From Malacoraja senta (lineage: Eukaryota): a DNA stretch of 60,025 nt. The stretch is taken from assembly GCA_038087875.1 (NCBI GenBank), contig JAXLNO010000096.1, positions 124,001 through 184,025 on the forward strand, given 5' to 3'. The position numbers and the translations under genes are program-made. Below, piece by piece: positions 36,580 through 49,901 of the stretch. The first letter of the stretch is position 1, and every line of letters starts with the position of its first letter. A model generated the notes under the pieces. The model saw only the letters and a list, made by a program, of their open reading frames with translations. It ran no database searches and was not told the DNA's origin.

Positions 36580-37551
36580 TATATGTAACACTACATTGCA
36601 GGTTCTACAGAGATTTTGATTATATTGAGTGCATGTTTCTAGATTAGTTTATGGGAATTAAACATTAAATTCCTTCCATCTGGCATATAAATTCATGACA
36701 ATGAGATTTAAAAATCATGTTATATTGTGAATTCTTGTGTGAATGGGATTAGTTTGTTATTTGGATACTTAGGCTATTTTTTTTAAATTATCCTTTTCTT
36801 AAGAAAGGGAATCTACAGGAGATTCTTAAAGGGAAAGTAGTGGGCAGAAAGGCATGTCATGCGTGATTTAAAGAGCAAAAACTTGTAGTTTACAATGCCA
36901 AAATGGAAAAGTTGAGGAAAAACAAGGTGTACAGAGTTGCTTATTGGTTACAATCTGAGGAGTATGATGATGCTACTGATTATGATATGCCAATGTACCA
37001 GCTAGCAACTGATCTTCTCCATAAGGACCTAGTCTATTGCTAGAAATTGTAATGTATTTACCTATCTGTTACAGACTTACAGCATATAATACAATAATAT
37101 TAAAGTTCTGATCTTGAGAATATCACATTTTTGAATTTTCAAGGCAGTCTGGGTGTTTATTACTATTTCCGTCACAACGGTCAATTTTGTAATTAGCTAC
37201 AATTAGGTAATTAACTAATTATATGCTTTAATTTCAGGTCATCCAAGTAAGAGGTTTTATATTTGTTTCAGAATGCTTCAATCTATAATAACTGAAAATT
37301 TCATTCAGATCTCTTAATTTTTAAGAAAGTTATGGGCTTTTGACTGTCCTCGGTCACAGCTTTTGTGTTAAGTCAATGGAAAAGCAATAGGGAACAAGAT
37401 ACTAATTTCCGAGTATGAAAATGGCCATAACTTTATTAATACTGAAGATATGAAAGTGAATTAGGTGTCAAATTAAACTTTTTATGCTTTATCTGATGGG
37501 ATAAATTGCAGACTTGATTTTTAATATCTCAAAATTTTGTAACATTGCTAG
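36580..37551. mobile_element. AT-rich DNA-transposon-like remnant containing a C-terminal coding fragment (36807-37043, +)
   Basis: Fragment VVGRKACHA*F...YRVAY...MYQLATDLLHKDL*; the right terminus reads TAGCAATGTTAC on minus. Confidence 0.45.
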
Positions 37552-38879
37552 AAAATGTACCTGCATCTTGGAGGCTGAAGGTTAGGTTGATAGCCAAGAA
37601 AGATAGACTTTGTTGTCCCTCAGTACAGCAACATCAAGAACGATGTTGGTGGTCCTTCATTATTTGTGGGGCCTACTCCTATCATTTACATAATTTACTA
37701 AACACCTCAGTGGTGAAATAAGGATGGTCACATCCTCATGGGTTAAAAATGGAAGCCTAAGCACTAAGGCCCATATCCAAAAACAAAGATTTATAAACAA
37801 AAATTCTGGTGGGAATCACAAAGTGCAGCTCATCATCAGCTCAGGAGTTAGTGTCGTCCTCATTGTGACAAGAAATCTAATCAGGCTCCTTCCTTAATCC
37901 GGGTTAACAACTCATTTCCCCCATATTGTGTGAATTCTGCAGAGAAATACAATTCGTTTTTATTGCTGCTCACCCTCTGTTTTGATATTTTTCCCCAGTC
38001 CCTGAATCTTTCTCTTCGTAATTCATCTCATCTCCCCCTCCAACTCACACTGTCCGTCACTCTCACATTCTAAACACTGGGATCATCACCTGTCTTATCT
38101 GGTGCAAATGTCTCCGTTGGGGCACTTGCTGAGTTTCACAGCAGAAGTGTAAACAGGGCCTAACACAGATCCTTCATCTTTCACTCTGATGTTATCTTCA
38201 GAAACAACGTCTCTATTTACCCTTTACATTTAAAAGTAATTCCGTATAATTCTATTTATGTAATTTTTTATTACTATGAGATTTTTTTAATACGTGAGAA
38301 CAGAACATGGGGCATGTGTGCTGAGGATGTATTTATTATAAGGATAGTAACTAACTATTGCATTGTTGGTGTCTTGACCAAAAAGCATAATTTTTAACAT
38401 TATTTTTGCTACTTTCCACTGATTAAAAAATAAAATAGTGGTGTTTCTCTCTACTAAATGACTGCTCTTTATTCATTAAAAATATTTCAATCTCCCACCT
38501 GGTTTAGTGTTTCCAGGTTCCAAAACAGTGTTTGGATATTTTAAAATAATTTATGCGATAAGACAATGTCTTTTTGAATTTATGTAAGTGAAATCATGGC
38601 AAACAAATCTATTGGAGATGATGGTGATGTACCATGTAGAATAGATAAGGGAGAAGATGTGGAGACCCAAGAGTTTGCAGATTCTGGAAACACGAGCAAA
38701 GAGCAAACTGCTGGAGGGAATTTGTGGATCAGGAATCATCTGTGGAAGTAAATGGACAGATGACCATTGGCAACTGAAGAAGGGTCACGATACAGGGTCA
38801 TCTGCACATTTTCCTCGACAGATGCTGCCTGACCCACTGAGTCCCTCCAGCAGATTGTTTTTGTTTGTTTCAGGGAGAA

Positions 38880-39745
38880 CAAGAGGATGTGACAAATTTT
38901 TAGAAAGTCTTTGAATTTTTTAATATGTGGATTAGACAATATTAAACAGGCATGAATTGAAAATGATTTGGCAGACAGGAAACAGAGAGAAGACTTCGTT
39001 ATGGTGGCAGTTGGTGATGAATGATCCAGAATCAATCCCGTTCTTGAGTCCGTTATTTTCAATGTTCATCAATGGTATTGACAAGGAAACAAATTTAATG
39101 TTTCTAAGTTTGATGACATGAAAATGAGAGTAAGTAGGAGAAGCAAAGAGGATGCAAAGAGGTTTCCAGGTGATGTCAGTCAGTTGAGTTACTTGCCAAA
39201 TATACACAGATGCAGCAGAGAGTCATAGAGCTGTAGAGCATGGAAATAGACACATCGACCCAACGCACACATGCTGACCAAGATGTCCAACTGACCCCAT
39301 CACAATTGGATGTACCTGGCCCATGTCTCTCCATACATGTCTTTGTGCTCTCCTTACCGGAGAAAGGGTTTTTCAGCCACAGATGTAATGCAGCCAAGGC
39401 TGACCGGACTGATTCCTGGAATGGCAGGACTAATATGTAAGGAGAGGAGGAGCTGACTGAGTCAGTAGTCACTGGAGTTTGGAAGACTTAAACATGACCT
39501 CTCTAAATTAAACAAAATTCAAAGCAGAGCTAGACGGACTCGATACATAAAGATATTTCCAGTGACTAGGATCTGGAACAAGGGGTTTAGGACGCAAGAT
39601 AAGGGGTGAAACATTTAGGGCTGAGACATTTCTTCATTGTGAATATGGTGAGCCATTGAAATTCACCCCACAGAAACTGGTAGATGGCAGGTCACTGAAT
39701 CCTGTTAAGTAGGGGATAGATTTATTGGACATAAAATGCAGCAAC
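38880..39745 (+). mobile_element. Old degenerate CR1 RT remnant; part is mirrored at 31460-31860
   Basis: Decayed SKFDD.K-type RT motifs; shared derived substitutions with the 31.5-kb copy. Confidence 0.65.
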
Positions 39746-39751
39746 ATTTAT

Positions 39752-40097
39752 ATAACCATATAACCATAACAGCAAGGACACAGGCCATCTCGGCCCTTCA
39801 AGTCCGTGCCGAACACTTAATTTTTTTTTTTTAAACTTCCCCCTAGTCCCATCTACCTGCACTCAGACCATAACCCTACATTCCTTTCCCGTCCATATAC
39901 CCATCCAATCCATTTTTAAAGGATAAAATCAAACCTGCCTCCACCACTTCCACTGGAAGCTCATTCCACACAGCTACCACTCTCTGAGTAAAGAAGTTCC
40001 CCCTAATGTTACCCCTAAACCTCTGTCCCTTAATTCTCAAGTCATGTCGCCTTGTTTGAATCTTCCCTACTCTCAATGGGAAAAGCTTATCCACGTC
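39752..40097 (-). mobile_element. CR1 (family 2) 3' fragment
   Basis: Nearly identical to the 3' end of 44730-48260; (ATATGGTT)n tail. Confidence 0.9.
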
Positions 40098-40255
40098 GGG
40101 AGAGAATTGGAATATGAGATTGTTTTGTATGATTGAACAGGCTCAAAGTGACAAATAATCCACCCCTGGTTCTCTTTTGCATGTTTCAATAGGTTTTGTG
40201 ATGGTTTGATGTTTTCTTTGTCCTTCACACTTCTGATGTTTATTTACACATTGTC

Positions 40256-40500
40256 AAATTTAGTCAGATATAAAACAGGAAGCAAATCATTGTGGTTAAA
40301 AAAACAAATCATTGTGGTTAAATTGCAAGACAGCTCTTCCTGCAGCCTTGACCATTGCTCTGAATTTTGCATCAGGTCCTGAATCATTCAGAGCAATGGT
40401 CAAGGCTGCAGGAAGAGCTATCTTGCAGTTTAACCACAATGATTTGTCCATTCTGAGCTCTGGGCTGTTTCGCTTCCTATTTTTTATCTCAACTAAATTT
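40256..40500. repeat. Long inverted repeat (palindrome): about 62-bp inner arms with about 20-bp spacer, plus outer arms
   Basis: ACAAATCATTGTGGTTAAATTGCAAGACAGCTCTTCCTGCAGCCTTGACCATTGCTCTGAAT (40304-40365) versus its reverse complement at 40386-40447. Confidence 0.9.
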
Positions 40501-41624
40501 CGAGTGTTTAGTAAATGACGTGTTTAGTAAATGACGTGTTTAGTAAATGACGTAAATGATAGGAGTAGGCCCCACAAATAACGAAGGACCAGCAATGTAT
40601 TTCCAAGTTATGATGGTGACTAACTGGGTCAATTTGTGCCACTCCACTAACTTGACCAAGCAATTCTGGGTATGGATTGTGCTTGCATATTGTGGATATA
40701 TTTTCTAGTACCGATGCAGTCATCAATGTAATGGGGATAGAGTTCGGGGATAGGGCCAGTGTACACCTGGAACACAATGTATCTCTCGTGTCTATATCTC
40801 TAGGCTGTGAAGATCTTGGTGCAACTCTGTGAGGTTGGGCTTGGAGAACACCAAATGACATGGGGAAAAACTTGTGATTGTGAAAATGTTTGCTGGAGGT
40901 TCTACCTTGAGTGAAATTCAGAACTGAGGAGAAAATTGCTCTCAATATTGGACTTACTTTGAAAAATTGTAGTAGCTTGATTATCATACGCAGCTCACTG
41001 GTGACCTCCTAAGTCCAAGCTCCACCATGATCTGATGCAATTGAATATTGGTTTGAACTATCGGACCAACTACAGCATGAACAGGCAAGAATATTGACCG
41101 TTCCATTTATGACAAAACAACAGATTCTGTCATTTGCCATTATCATAGACATTTCAAACATCACACAGTCATCTGCTTGAATATGTGTAACTGGAAAGTA
41201 TTCTAACTTCAGTTGTTAATAGCATTCATTATACTTGTCTTTCTCCAGGCTGGTTAGCATTCTGCAAAAGCTTTTCACTTTACCTCAGAAACGTGACACT
41301 GAACTAAACTGAATTGAACTGGAAGGGACGTGATTTATTCATAGAGGTTGTGAAGGTCTTGGTGCAAACTGTGCGGTTTGATTTGGAGAAAACTGAAAGT
41401 TGCAGAAGAAATTGGATGATCATGAGGATGGTGACTGGTGGGTTTAGCTTGTGTGAAACTCAGGAGATAATTACACTCAACATTGGAATAACTGAGTAAA
41501 TACAGCAATTTTATTATTACATCCACTCGATATTAAATTAAATGTATGATTTCTATAACTTTCAATAGACTTTAAGGAATTCTTTAGACTGATTTAAATT
41601 GCTGCAGACACAACAAGAGCTGCA

Positions 41625-43131
41625 AGCAGAAATAGTGGATGCATTAGTGATAATTTTTCAAAACTCTTTAGATTCTGGAGTAGTTCCTGAGGATTGGAGG
41701 GTAGCTAATGTAACCCCACTTTTTAAAAAGGGAGGGAGAGAGAAAACGGGGAATTACAGACCAGTTAGTCTAACATCAGTAGTGGGGAAACTGCTAGAGT
41801 CAGTTATTAAAGATGGGATAGCAGCACATTTGGAAAGTGGTGAAATTATTGGACAATATCAGCGTGGATTTACGAAAGGTAAATCATGTCTGACGAGTCT
41901 TATAGAATTTTTCGAGGATGTAACTAGTAGAGTGGATAAGGGAGAACCAGTGGATGTGTTATATCTGGACTTTCAGAAGGCTTTCGACAAGGTCCCTCAT
42001 AAGAGATTAGTATACAAACTTAAAGCACATGTTATTCGGGGTTCAGTATTGATGTGGATGGAGAACTGGCTGGCAAACAGGAAGCAAAGAGTAGGAGTAA
42101 ACGGGTCCTTTTCAGAATGGCAGGCAGTGACTAGTGGGGTACCGCAAGGCTCAGTGCTGGGACCCCAGCTATTTATAATATATATTATTGATTTGGATGA
42201 GGGAATTGAATGCAATATCTCCAAGTTTGCGGATGACACGAAGCTGGGGGGCAGTGTTAGCTGTGAGGAGGATGCTAGGAGGCTGAAAGGTGACTTGGAT
42301 AGGCTGGGTGAGTGGGCAAATGCATGGTAGATGCAGTATAATGTGGATAAATGTGAGGTTATCCACTTTGGTGGCAAAAACAGGAATGTAGACTATTATC
42401 TGGATGGTGGCCAATTAGGAAAAGGGGAGATGCAACGAGACCTGGGTGTCATGGTACACCAGTCATTGAAAGTAGGCATGCAGGTGCAGCAAGCAGTGAA
42501 GAAAGCGAATGGTATGTTAGCATTCATAGCAAAAGGATTAGAGTATAGGAGCAGGGAGGTTCTATTGCAGTTGTACAAGGTCTTGGTGAGACCACACCTG
42601 GAGTATTGCGCACAGTTTTGGTCTCCAAATCTGAGGAAAGACATTCTTGCCATAGAGGGAGTACAGAGAATGTTCATCAGACTGATTCCTGGGATGTCAG
42701 GACTTTCATATGAAGAAAGACTGGATAGACTCGGCTTGTACCCGCTAGAATTTAGAAGACTGAAACTTACAAAATTCTTAAGGGGTTGGACAGGCTAGAT
42801 GCAGGTAGATCGTTCCCGATGTTGGGGAAGTCCAGGGTCACAGTTTAAGGTTAAGGGGAAAGACTTTTAGGACCGAGATGAGAAAAACATTTTTCACAAA
42901 GTGTGTGGTGAATCTGTGGAATTCTCTGCCACAGAAGGTAGTTGAGGCCAGTTCATTGGCTATATTTAAGAGGGAGTTAGATGTGGCCCTTGTGGCTAAA
43001 GGGATCAGGGGGTATGGAGAGAAGGCAGGTACAGGATACTGAGTTGGATGATCAGCCATGACCACATTGAATGGCGGTGCAGGCTCGAAGGGCCGAATGA
43101 CCTACTCCTGCACATAGTTTCTATGTTTCTA
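41625..43131 (+). mobile_element. CR1 LINE, 5'-truncated
   Basis: RT ORFs 41599-42330 and 42331-42798 separated by a single TAG; TTTCTATG tail. Confidence 0.95.
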
Positions 43132-43371
43132 AATATTTTCAAGATGTAGCGTCTCGGACATGTTTATAATGTTTCCGTAAAATAATTGACATCTGCTGCT
43201 ATGTATGCTTCCATATAACTTTATATAACTTATATAACTCAATATAAGCAAGACGGCTCTTAGGGAGCGGCAGTAAGGCAGCGGCCTTGTGAGGGAAGTG
43301 CCCTGTGAGAAAAGTGAGAGTCTTTGGCTCGAGAGTCTAGGGCTAGGAGGCTGAGGAGAGGAATTTCACAA

Positions 43372-44730
43372 AGTCATAACTCTCTGGGTTGAAACGTTTT
43401 TTCTCAACTCAGTCTTAAATGACCTCCCCTTTATTCTAAGACTGTGGCCCCCTGGTTCTGGACTCACCCAACATTGGGAACATTTTTCCTGCATCCAGCT
43501 TGTCCAGTCCCTTTATAATAATAATAATAGATTTTTATTTTTTTTATTTATTTTTATTTTATTTATATAGCGCTTTTTTCAGGACTCAAAGTCGCTTATG
43601 ATTTTATGTTTCTATAAGATCCCCCCTCATCCTTCTAAACTCCAGTGAATACAAGCCTAGTCTTTTCAATCTATCCTCATATGACAGTCCCGCCATCCCA
43701 GGGATCAATCTCGTGAACCAACGCTGCACTGCCTCAATCACAAGGATGTCCTTCCTCAAATTAGGAGACCAAAAGTTTACACAAACTCCAGATGTGGTCT
43801 CACCAGAGCCCTGTACAACTGCAGAAGAACCTCTTTACTCCTGAATCCCCTTGTATGAAGGCCAACATTCCATTAGCTTTCTTTCCTGCCTGCTGTACCT
43901 GTAAGCCAACTTTCAGTGACCAGTGTACAAGGACACCCAGGTCTCGCTGTACCTCCCCCTTACCTAGCCTAACCCCATTGAGATAATAATCTGCCCCCTT
44001 GTTTTTGCCGCCAAAGTGGATAACCTCACATTTATCTATATTATACTGCATCTGCCCACTCAATCTGTCCAGGTCACCCTGCACCCTCCTAACATCCTCT
44101 TCACAGTTCACACTGCCACCCAGCTTTGTGTCATCCGCAAACTTGCTAGTGTTGCTCCTAATTCCCTCTTCCAAATCATCAATATATATGGTAAACAGTT
44201 GCGGCCCCAACACCGAGCCTTGCGGCACTCCACTCGCCACTGCCTGCCATTCTGAAAAGGACACGTTCACTCCTACTCTTTGCTTCCAGTCTGCCAACCA
44301 ATTTTATATCCATGTCAACACCGTACCCCCAATACCATGTGCTCTAAGTATAGTCACCAGTCTCCCGTGCGGGACCTTATCAAAGGCTTTCTGAAAGTCT
44401 AGATACACTACATCCACTGCCACCCCTTCATCCATTTTATTTGTCACATCCTCAAAAAATTCCAGAAGATTAGTCAAGCAGGATTTCCCTTTCATAAATC
44501 CATGATGACTTGGACTAATCCTTTTACTGCTATCCAAAAGCCCCATTATTACCTCTTTGATAATTGAATCCAGCATCTTTCCCACCACCGAAGACAGGCT
44601 AACTGGTCTGTAATTCCCCGTTTTCTCTCTCGCTCCGTTCTTGAAAAGTGGGATAACATTAGCTATCCTCCAATCCACAGGAACTGATCCTGAATCTATT
44701 GAACATTGGAAAATGATCACCAATGCATCC
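43372..44730 (-). mobile_element. CR1 LINE RT fragment
   Basis: [26 protein letters not shown] and FADDTKL on the minus strand. Confidence 0.92.
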
Positions 44731-47700
44731 ATATAACCATATAACCATATAACCATTACAGCACGGAAACAGGCCATCTCGGCCCTTCAAGACCGTGCCG
44801 GCCTTTTTATTTCTTCTTTAAAAAATATATATATACTTCCCCCTAGTCCCATTTACCTGCACTCAGACCATAACCCTCCATTCCTTTCCCGTCCATATAC
44901 CCATCCAATCTATTTTTAAAGTATAAAATCGAACCAGCCTCCACCACTTCCACTGGAAGCTCATTCCACACCGCTACCACTCTCTGAGTAAAGATGTTCC
45001 CCCTAATGTTATCCCTAAACTTCTGTCCCTTAATTCTCAAGTCATGTCCCCTTGTTTGAATCTTCCCTACTCTCAATGGAAAAAGCTTATCCACGTCAAC
45101 TCTGTCTATCCCGCTCATAATTTTAAAGACCTCTATTAAGTCCCCTCTTAACCTTCTGCGCTCCAAAGAATAAAGACCTAACTTGTTCAACCTTTCTCTG
45201 TAACTTAGTTGCTGAAACCCAGGCAACATTCTAGTAAATCTCCTCTGTACTCTCTCTATTTTGTTGACATCCTTCCTATAATTAGGCAACCAAAATTGTA
45301 CTCCATACTCCAGAATTGGCCTCACCAATGCCTTGTACAATTTTAACATTACATCCCAACTTCTACATTCAATGCTCTGATTTATAAAGGCCAGCACACC
45401 AAAAGCTTTCTTTACCACCCTATCTACATGAGATTCCACCTTCAGGGAACTATGCACAGTTATTCCTAGATCCCTCTGTTCAACTGCATTCCTCAATTCT
45501 CTACCATTTACGATGTACGTCCTATTTTGATTTGTCCGGCCGAGATGTTGTACCTCACATTTATCAGCATTAAACTCCATCTGCCATCTTTCAGCCCACT
45601 CTTCCAAATGGCCTAAATCTCTCTGTAGACTTTGAAAATCTACTTCATTATCCACAACACCACCTATCTTAGTATCATCTGCATATTTACTAATCCAATT
45701 TACCACACAATCATCCAGATCATTGATGTACATGACAAACAACAGTGGACCCAACACAGATCCCTGAGGCACCCCACTAGTCACCGGCCTCCAACCTGAC
45801 AAACAGCCATCCACCATTACTATCTGGCATCTCCCATTCAGCCACTGTTGAATCCATCTTGCTACTCCACCATTAATACCCAACAATTGAATCTTCTTAA
45901 CCAACCTTCCATGAGGAACCTTGTCAAAGGCCTTACTGAAGTCCATATAGACAACATCCACTGCTTTACCCTCATCAATTTCCCGAATAACCTCTTCAAA
46001 AAATTCAAGAGGATTAGTCAAATATGACCTTCCAGGCACAAATCCATGTTGACTGTTCCTAATCAGACCATGTTTATCCAGATGCTTATATATATTATCT
46101 CTAAGTATCCTTTCCATTAATTTGCCCACCACTGACGTCAAACTAACAGGTCTATAATTGCTAGGTTTACTCTTAGAACCCTTTTTAAACAATGGAACAA
46201 CATGCGCAGTACGCCAATCCTCCGGCACCATTCCCGTTTCTAATGACATTTGAAATATTTCTGTCATAGCCCCTGCTATTTCTACACTAACTTCCCTCAA
46301 TGTCCTAGGGAATATCCTGCCAGGACCTGGAGACTTATCCATTTTTATATTTTTCAAAAGTGTCAGTACTTCCTCTTCTTTGATCCTCATAGTTTCCATT
46401 GCTACTCTACTTGTTTCCGTTACCTCACATAATTCAATATCCTTCTCCTTGGTGAATACCGAAGAAAATAAATTGTTCAATATCTCCCCCATCTCTTTTG
46501 GCTCTGGAGATAGCTGTCCACTCTGACTCTCTAATGGACCAATGTTATCCCTCGTTATCCTTTTGCTATTAATATGGCTGTAGAAACCCTATGGATTTAC
46601 TTTCACCGTACTTGCCAAAGCAACCTCATATCTTCTTTTAGCTTTTCTAATTTCTCTCTTAAGATTATTTTTACATTCTTTATACTCTTCAAGCACCTCA
46701 TTTACTCCATGCTGCCCATAATTATTGTAGATCTCTCTCTTTTTCCGAACCGTGTCCAATTTCCCTTGAAAACCATGACTCTTTCCAATTATTACTCTTT
46801 CCTTTCAACCGAACAGGGACATAAAGATTCTGTACTCTTAAAATTTCACCGTTAAATGTCCTCCATTTCTCTATTACATCCTTCCCATAAAACAAAATGT
46901 CCCAATTCACTCCTTTTAAATCCTTTCGCATCTCCTCAAAGTTAGCCTTTCTCCAATCAAAAATCTCAACCCTTGGTCCAGTTCTGACCTTCTCCATAAT
47001 TATATTGAAACTAATGGCATTATGATCACTGGATCCAAAGTGCTCCCCAACACATACTTCTGTCAACTGACCTGTCTCATTTCCTAACAGGAGGTCCAGC
47101 ACTGCCCCTTCTCTAGTAGATACCTCTATGTATTGCTGCAAAAAACTATCCTGCACACATTTTACAAACTCCAAACCATCCAGCCCTTTTACAGAATGTG
47201 TTTCCCAGTCTATGTGTGGAAAATTGAAATCTCCCACAATCACTACCTTGTGCTTACTACTAATATCTGCTATCTCCTTACATATTTGCTCTTCCAATTC
47301 TCGCTCCCCATTAGGCGGTCTATAATACACCCCTATAAGTGTTGCTACACCTTTCCCATTTCTTTGTTCCACCCAAATAGCCTCCGTACACGAGCCCTCT
47401 AATCTATCCTGCCAAAGCACTGCTGTAATATCTTCCCTGACAAGCAATGCAACACCTCCACCTCTTGCCCCTCCAATTCTATCACACATGAAGCAATGAA
47501 ATCCTGGAATATTTAGTTTCCAATCACACCATCCTGCAACCATGTTTCGCTAATCGCCACAACATCATACTTCCAGGTGTCAATCCAGGCTCTAAGCTCA
47601 TCCACCTTTCTTACAATGCTCCTAGCATTAAAATATACACATTTAAGAAACCCACCACCTCTTATTCTCTGTTTATTATCTTTTTCTTCTGTCTCCCCTA

Positions 47701-48260
47701 CATGTTGGGTCTGAGTGCTTCCCTTCTCTGCCTCCTGCCTCACACACTGTCTACTAGCTTTCTCTATTTGAGTCCCTCCCCCCAACCGTTCTAGTTTAAA
47801 GTCTCCCCAGTAGCCTTTGCAAATCTCGCCGCCAGGATATTGGTTCCCCTCGGGTTCAAGTGCAACCCGTTCTTTTTGTACAGGTCACACCTTTCCCAAA
47901 AGAGGTCCCAAAGATCCAGAAACTTGAATCCCTGCCCTCTGCACCAGTCCCTCAGCTACAAATTTATCCTCCACCTCACTCCATTCCTACTCTCACTGCC
48001 GCGTGGCACAGGCAGTAATCCTGAGATTGTTACTTTTGCGGTCTTTCTCCTTAACTTTCTTCCTAACTCAATAAATTCTCCTTTCAGGACCTCTTCTCTT
48101 TTTCTACCTATGTTATTGGTACCTATATGTACCACGACCTCAGGCTCCTCTCCCTCCCATTTCAGGATATCTTGGACACGTTCAGACACATCCCAGACCC
48201 TGGCACCAGGGAGGCAAAGTACCATCCGGGTCTCCTGACTGCGTCCACAGAATCGCCTAA
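44730..48260 (-). mobile_element. CR1 LINE (family 2): ORF1 esterase fragment plus nearly full ORF2 (APE endonuclease and RT)
   Basis: 549-aa RT ORF (YADD); EN motifs NARSI, SETWL, YYRPP, GDFNFP, SSDH; SGNH-like CLPGA..HIGTN; (ATATGGTT)n tail. Confidence 0.96.
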
Positions 48261-48267
48261 TCCACAT

Positions 48268-49865
48268 TAGGCAGGAAATGGTGTTGGATAGACTGATGGG
48301 ACTGAAGGCTGATAAATCCCCAGTGCCTGATGGTCTGCATCCCAGGGTACTTAACGAAGTGGCTCTAGAAATCGTGGCTGCATTGGTGGTAATTTTCCAA
48401 TGTTCTATAGACTCAGGATCAGTTCCTGTGGAGTGGAGGTTAGCTAATGTTATCCCACTTTTTAAGAAAGGCGGGAGAGAGAAAACAGGGAATTACAGAC
48501 CAGTTAGCCTGACATCGGTGGTGGGGAAGATGCTGGAGTCAATTATGAAAGTTGGGTACCGCAAGGCTCGGTGCTGGGACCGCAGCTATTTACAATATAC
48601 ATCAATGATTTAGATGAAGGGATTCAAAGTAACATTAGCAAATTTGCAGATGACACAAAGCTGGGTGGCAGTGTGAACTGTGAGGAGGATGCTATGAGAA
48701 TGCAGGGTGACTTGGACAGGTTGGGGGAGTGGGCAGATGCATGGCAGATGAAGTTTAATGCAGATAAATGTGAGGTTAACCACTTTGGTAGCAAAAACAG
48801 CAAGGCAGATTACTGTCTAAATGGCGTCAAGTTGGGAAAAGGGGAAGTACAACGGGATCTGGGGGGTCCTTGTTCATCAGTCTATGAAAGTAAGCATGTA
48901 GGTACAACAGGCAGTGAAGAAAGCAAATTGCATGTTGGCCTTTATAACAAGAGGAGGAATATAGGAGCAAAGAGATCCTTCTGCAGTTGTACAGAGCCCT
49001 AGTGAGACCACACCTGGAGTATTAAGTGCAGTTTTGGTACCCTAATTTGAGGAAGTACATTCTTGCTATTGAGGGAATGCAGCGTAGGTTTACAAGGTTA
49101 ATTTGACGCAATTTAGATAGTAATCTGCCTTCCTGTTTTTGCTACCAAAGTGGATAACCTCACATTTATCCACATTAAACTTCATCTGCCATGCATCTGC
49201 CCACTCCCCCAACCTGTCCAAGTCACCCTGCATTCTCATAGCATCCTCCTCACAGTTCACACTGCCACCCAGCTTTGTGTCATCTGCAAATTTGCTAATG
49301 TTACTTTGAATCCCTTCATCCAAATCATTGATGTACAGTATATTGTAAATAGCTGCGGTCCCAGCACCGAGCCTTGCCGTACCCCACTAGTCACTACCTG
49401 CCATTCTGAAAAGGACACGCTAATCACGACTCTTTGTTTCCTGTCTGCCAACCACTTCTCTATCCATGTCAGCACTCTACCCCAATACCATGTGCCCTAA
49501 TTTTGCCCTAATCTCCTATGCAGGACCTTATCCAATGCTTTCTGAAAGTCCAAGTACACTACATCCACTGGCTCTCGCTTGTCCATTTTCCAAATTACAT
49601 CCTCAAAAAATTCCAGAAGATTTAGTCAAGCATGATTTCCCTTTCGTAAATCCATGCTGACTTGGACCGATCCTGTTACTGCTATCCAAATGTGCGGCTA
49701 TCTCATCTTTTAGAATTGACTCCAGCATCTACCCCACCACTGATGTCAGGCTAACTGGTCTATAATCCCCTGTTTTCTCACTCCCGCCTTTCTTAAAAAG
49801 TGGGATAACATTAGCTACCCTCCAATCCACAGGAACTGATCCTGAATCTATTGAACATTGGAAAA
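48268..49865. mobile_element. Two CR1 RT fragments in inverted orientation (48268-49102 +, internally deleted; 49103-49865 -)
   Basis: The same RT region is read on both strands; SIMK is joined to VPQGS by a deletion in the plus copy. Confidence 0.88.
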
Positions 49866-49901
49866 AAATAGAATCATTTGAAAGAATAATAACAATTCAT
49901 T

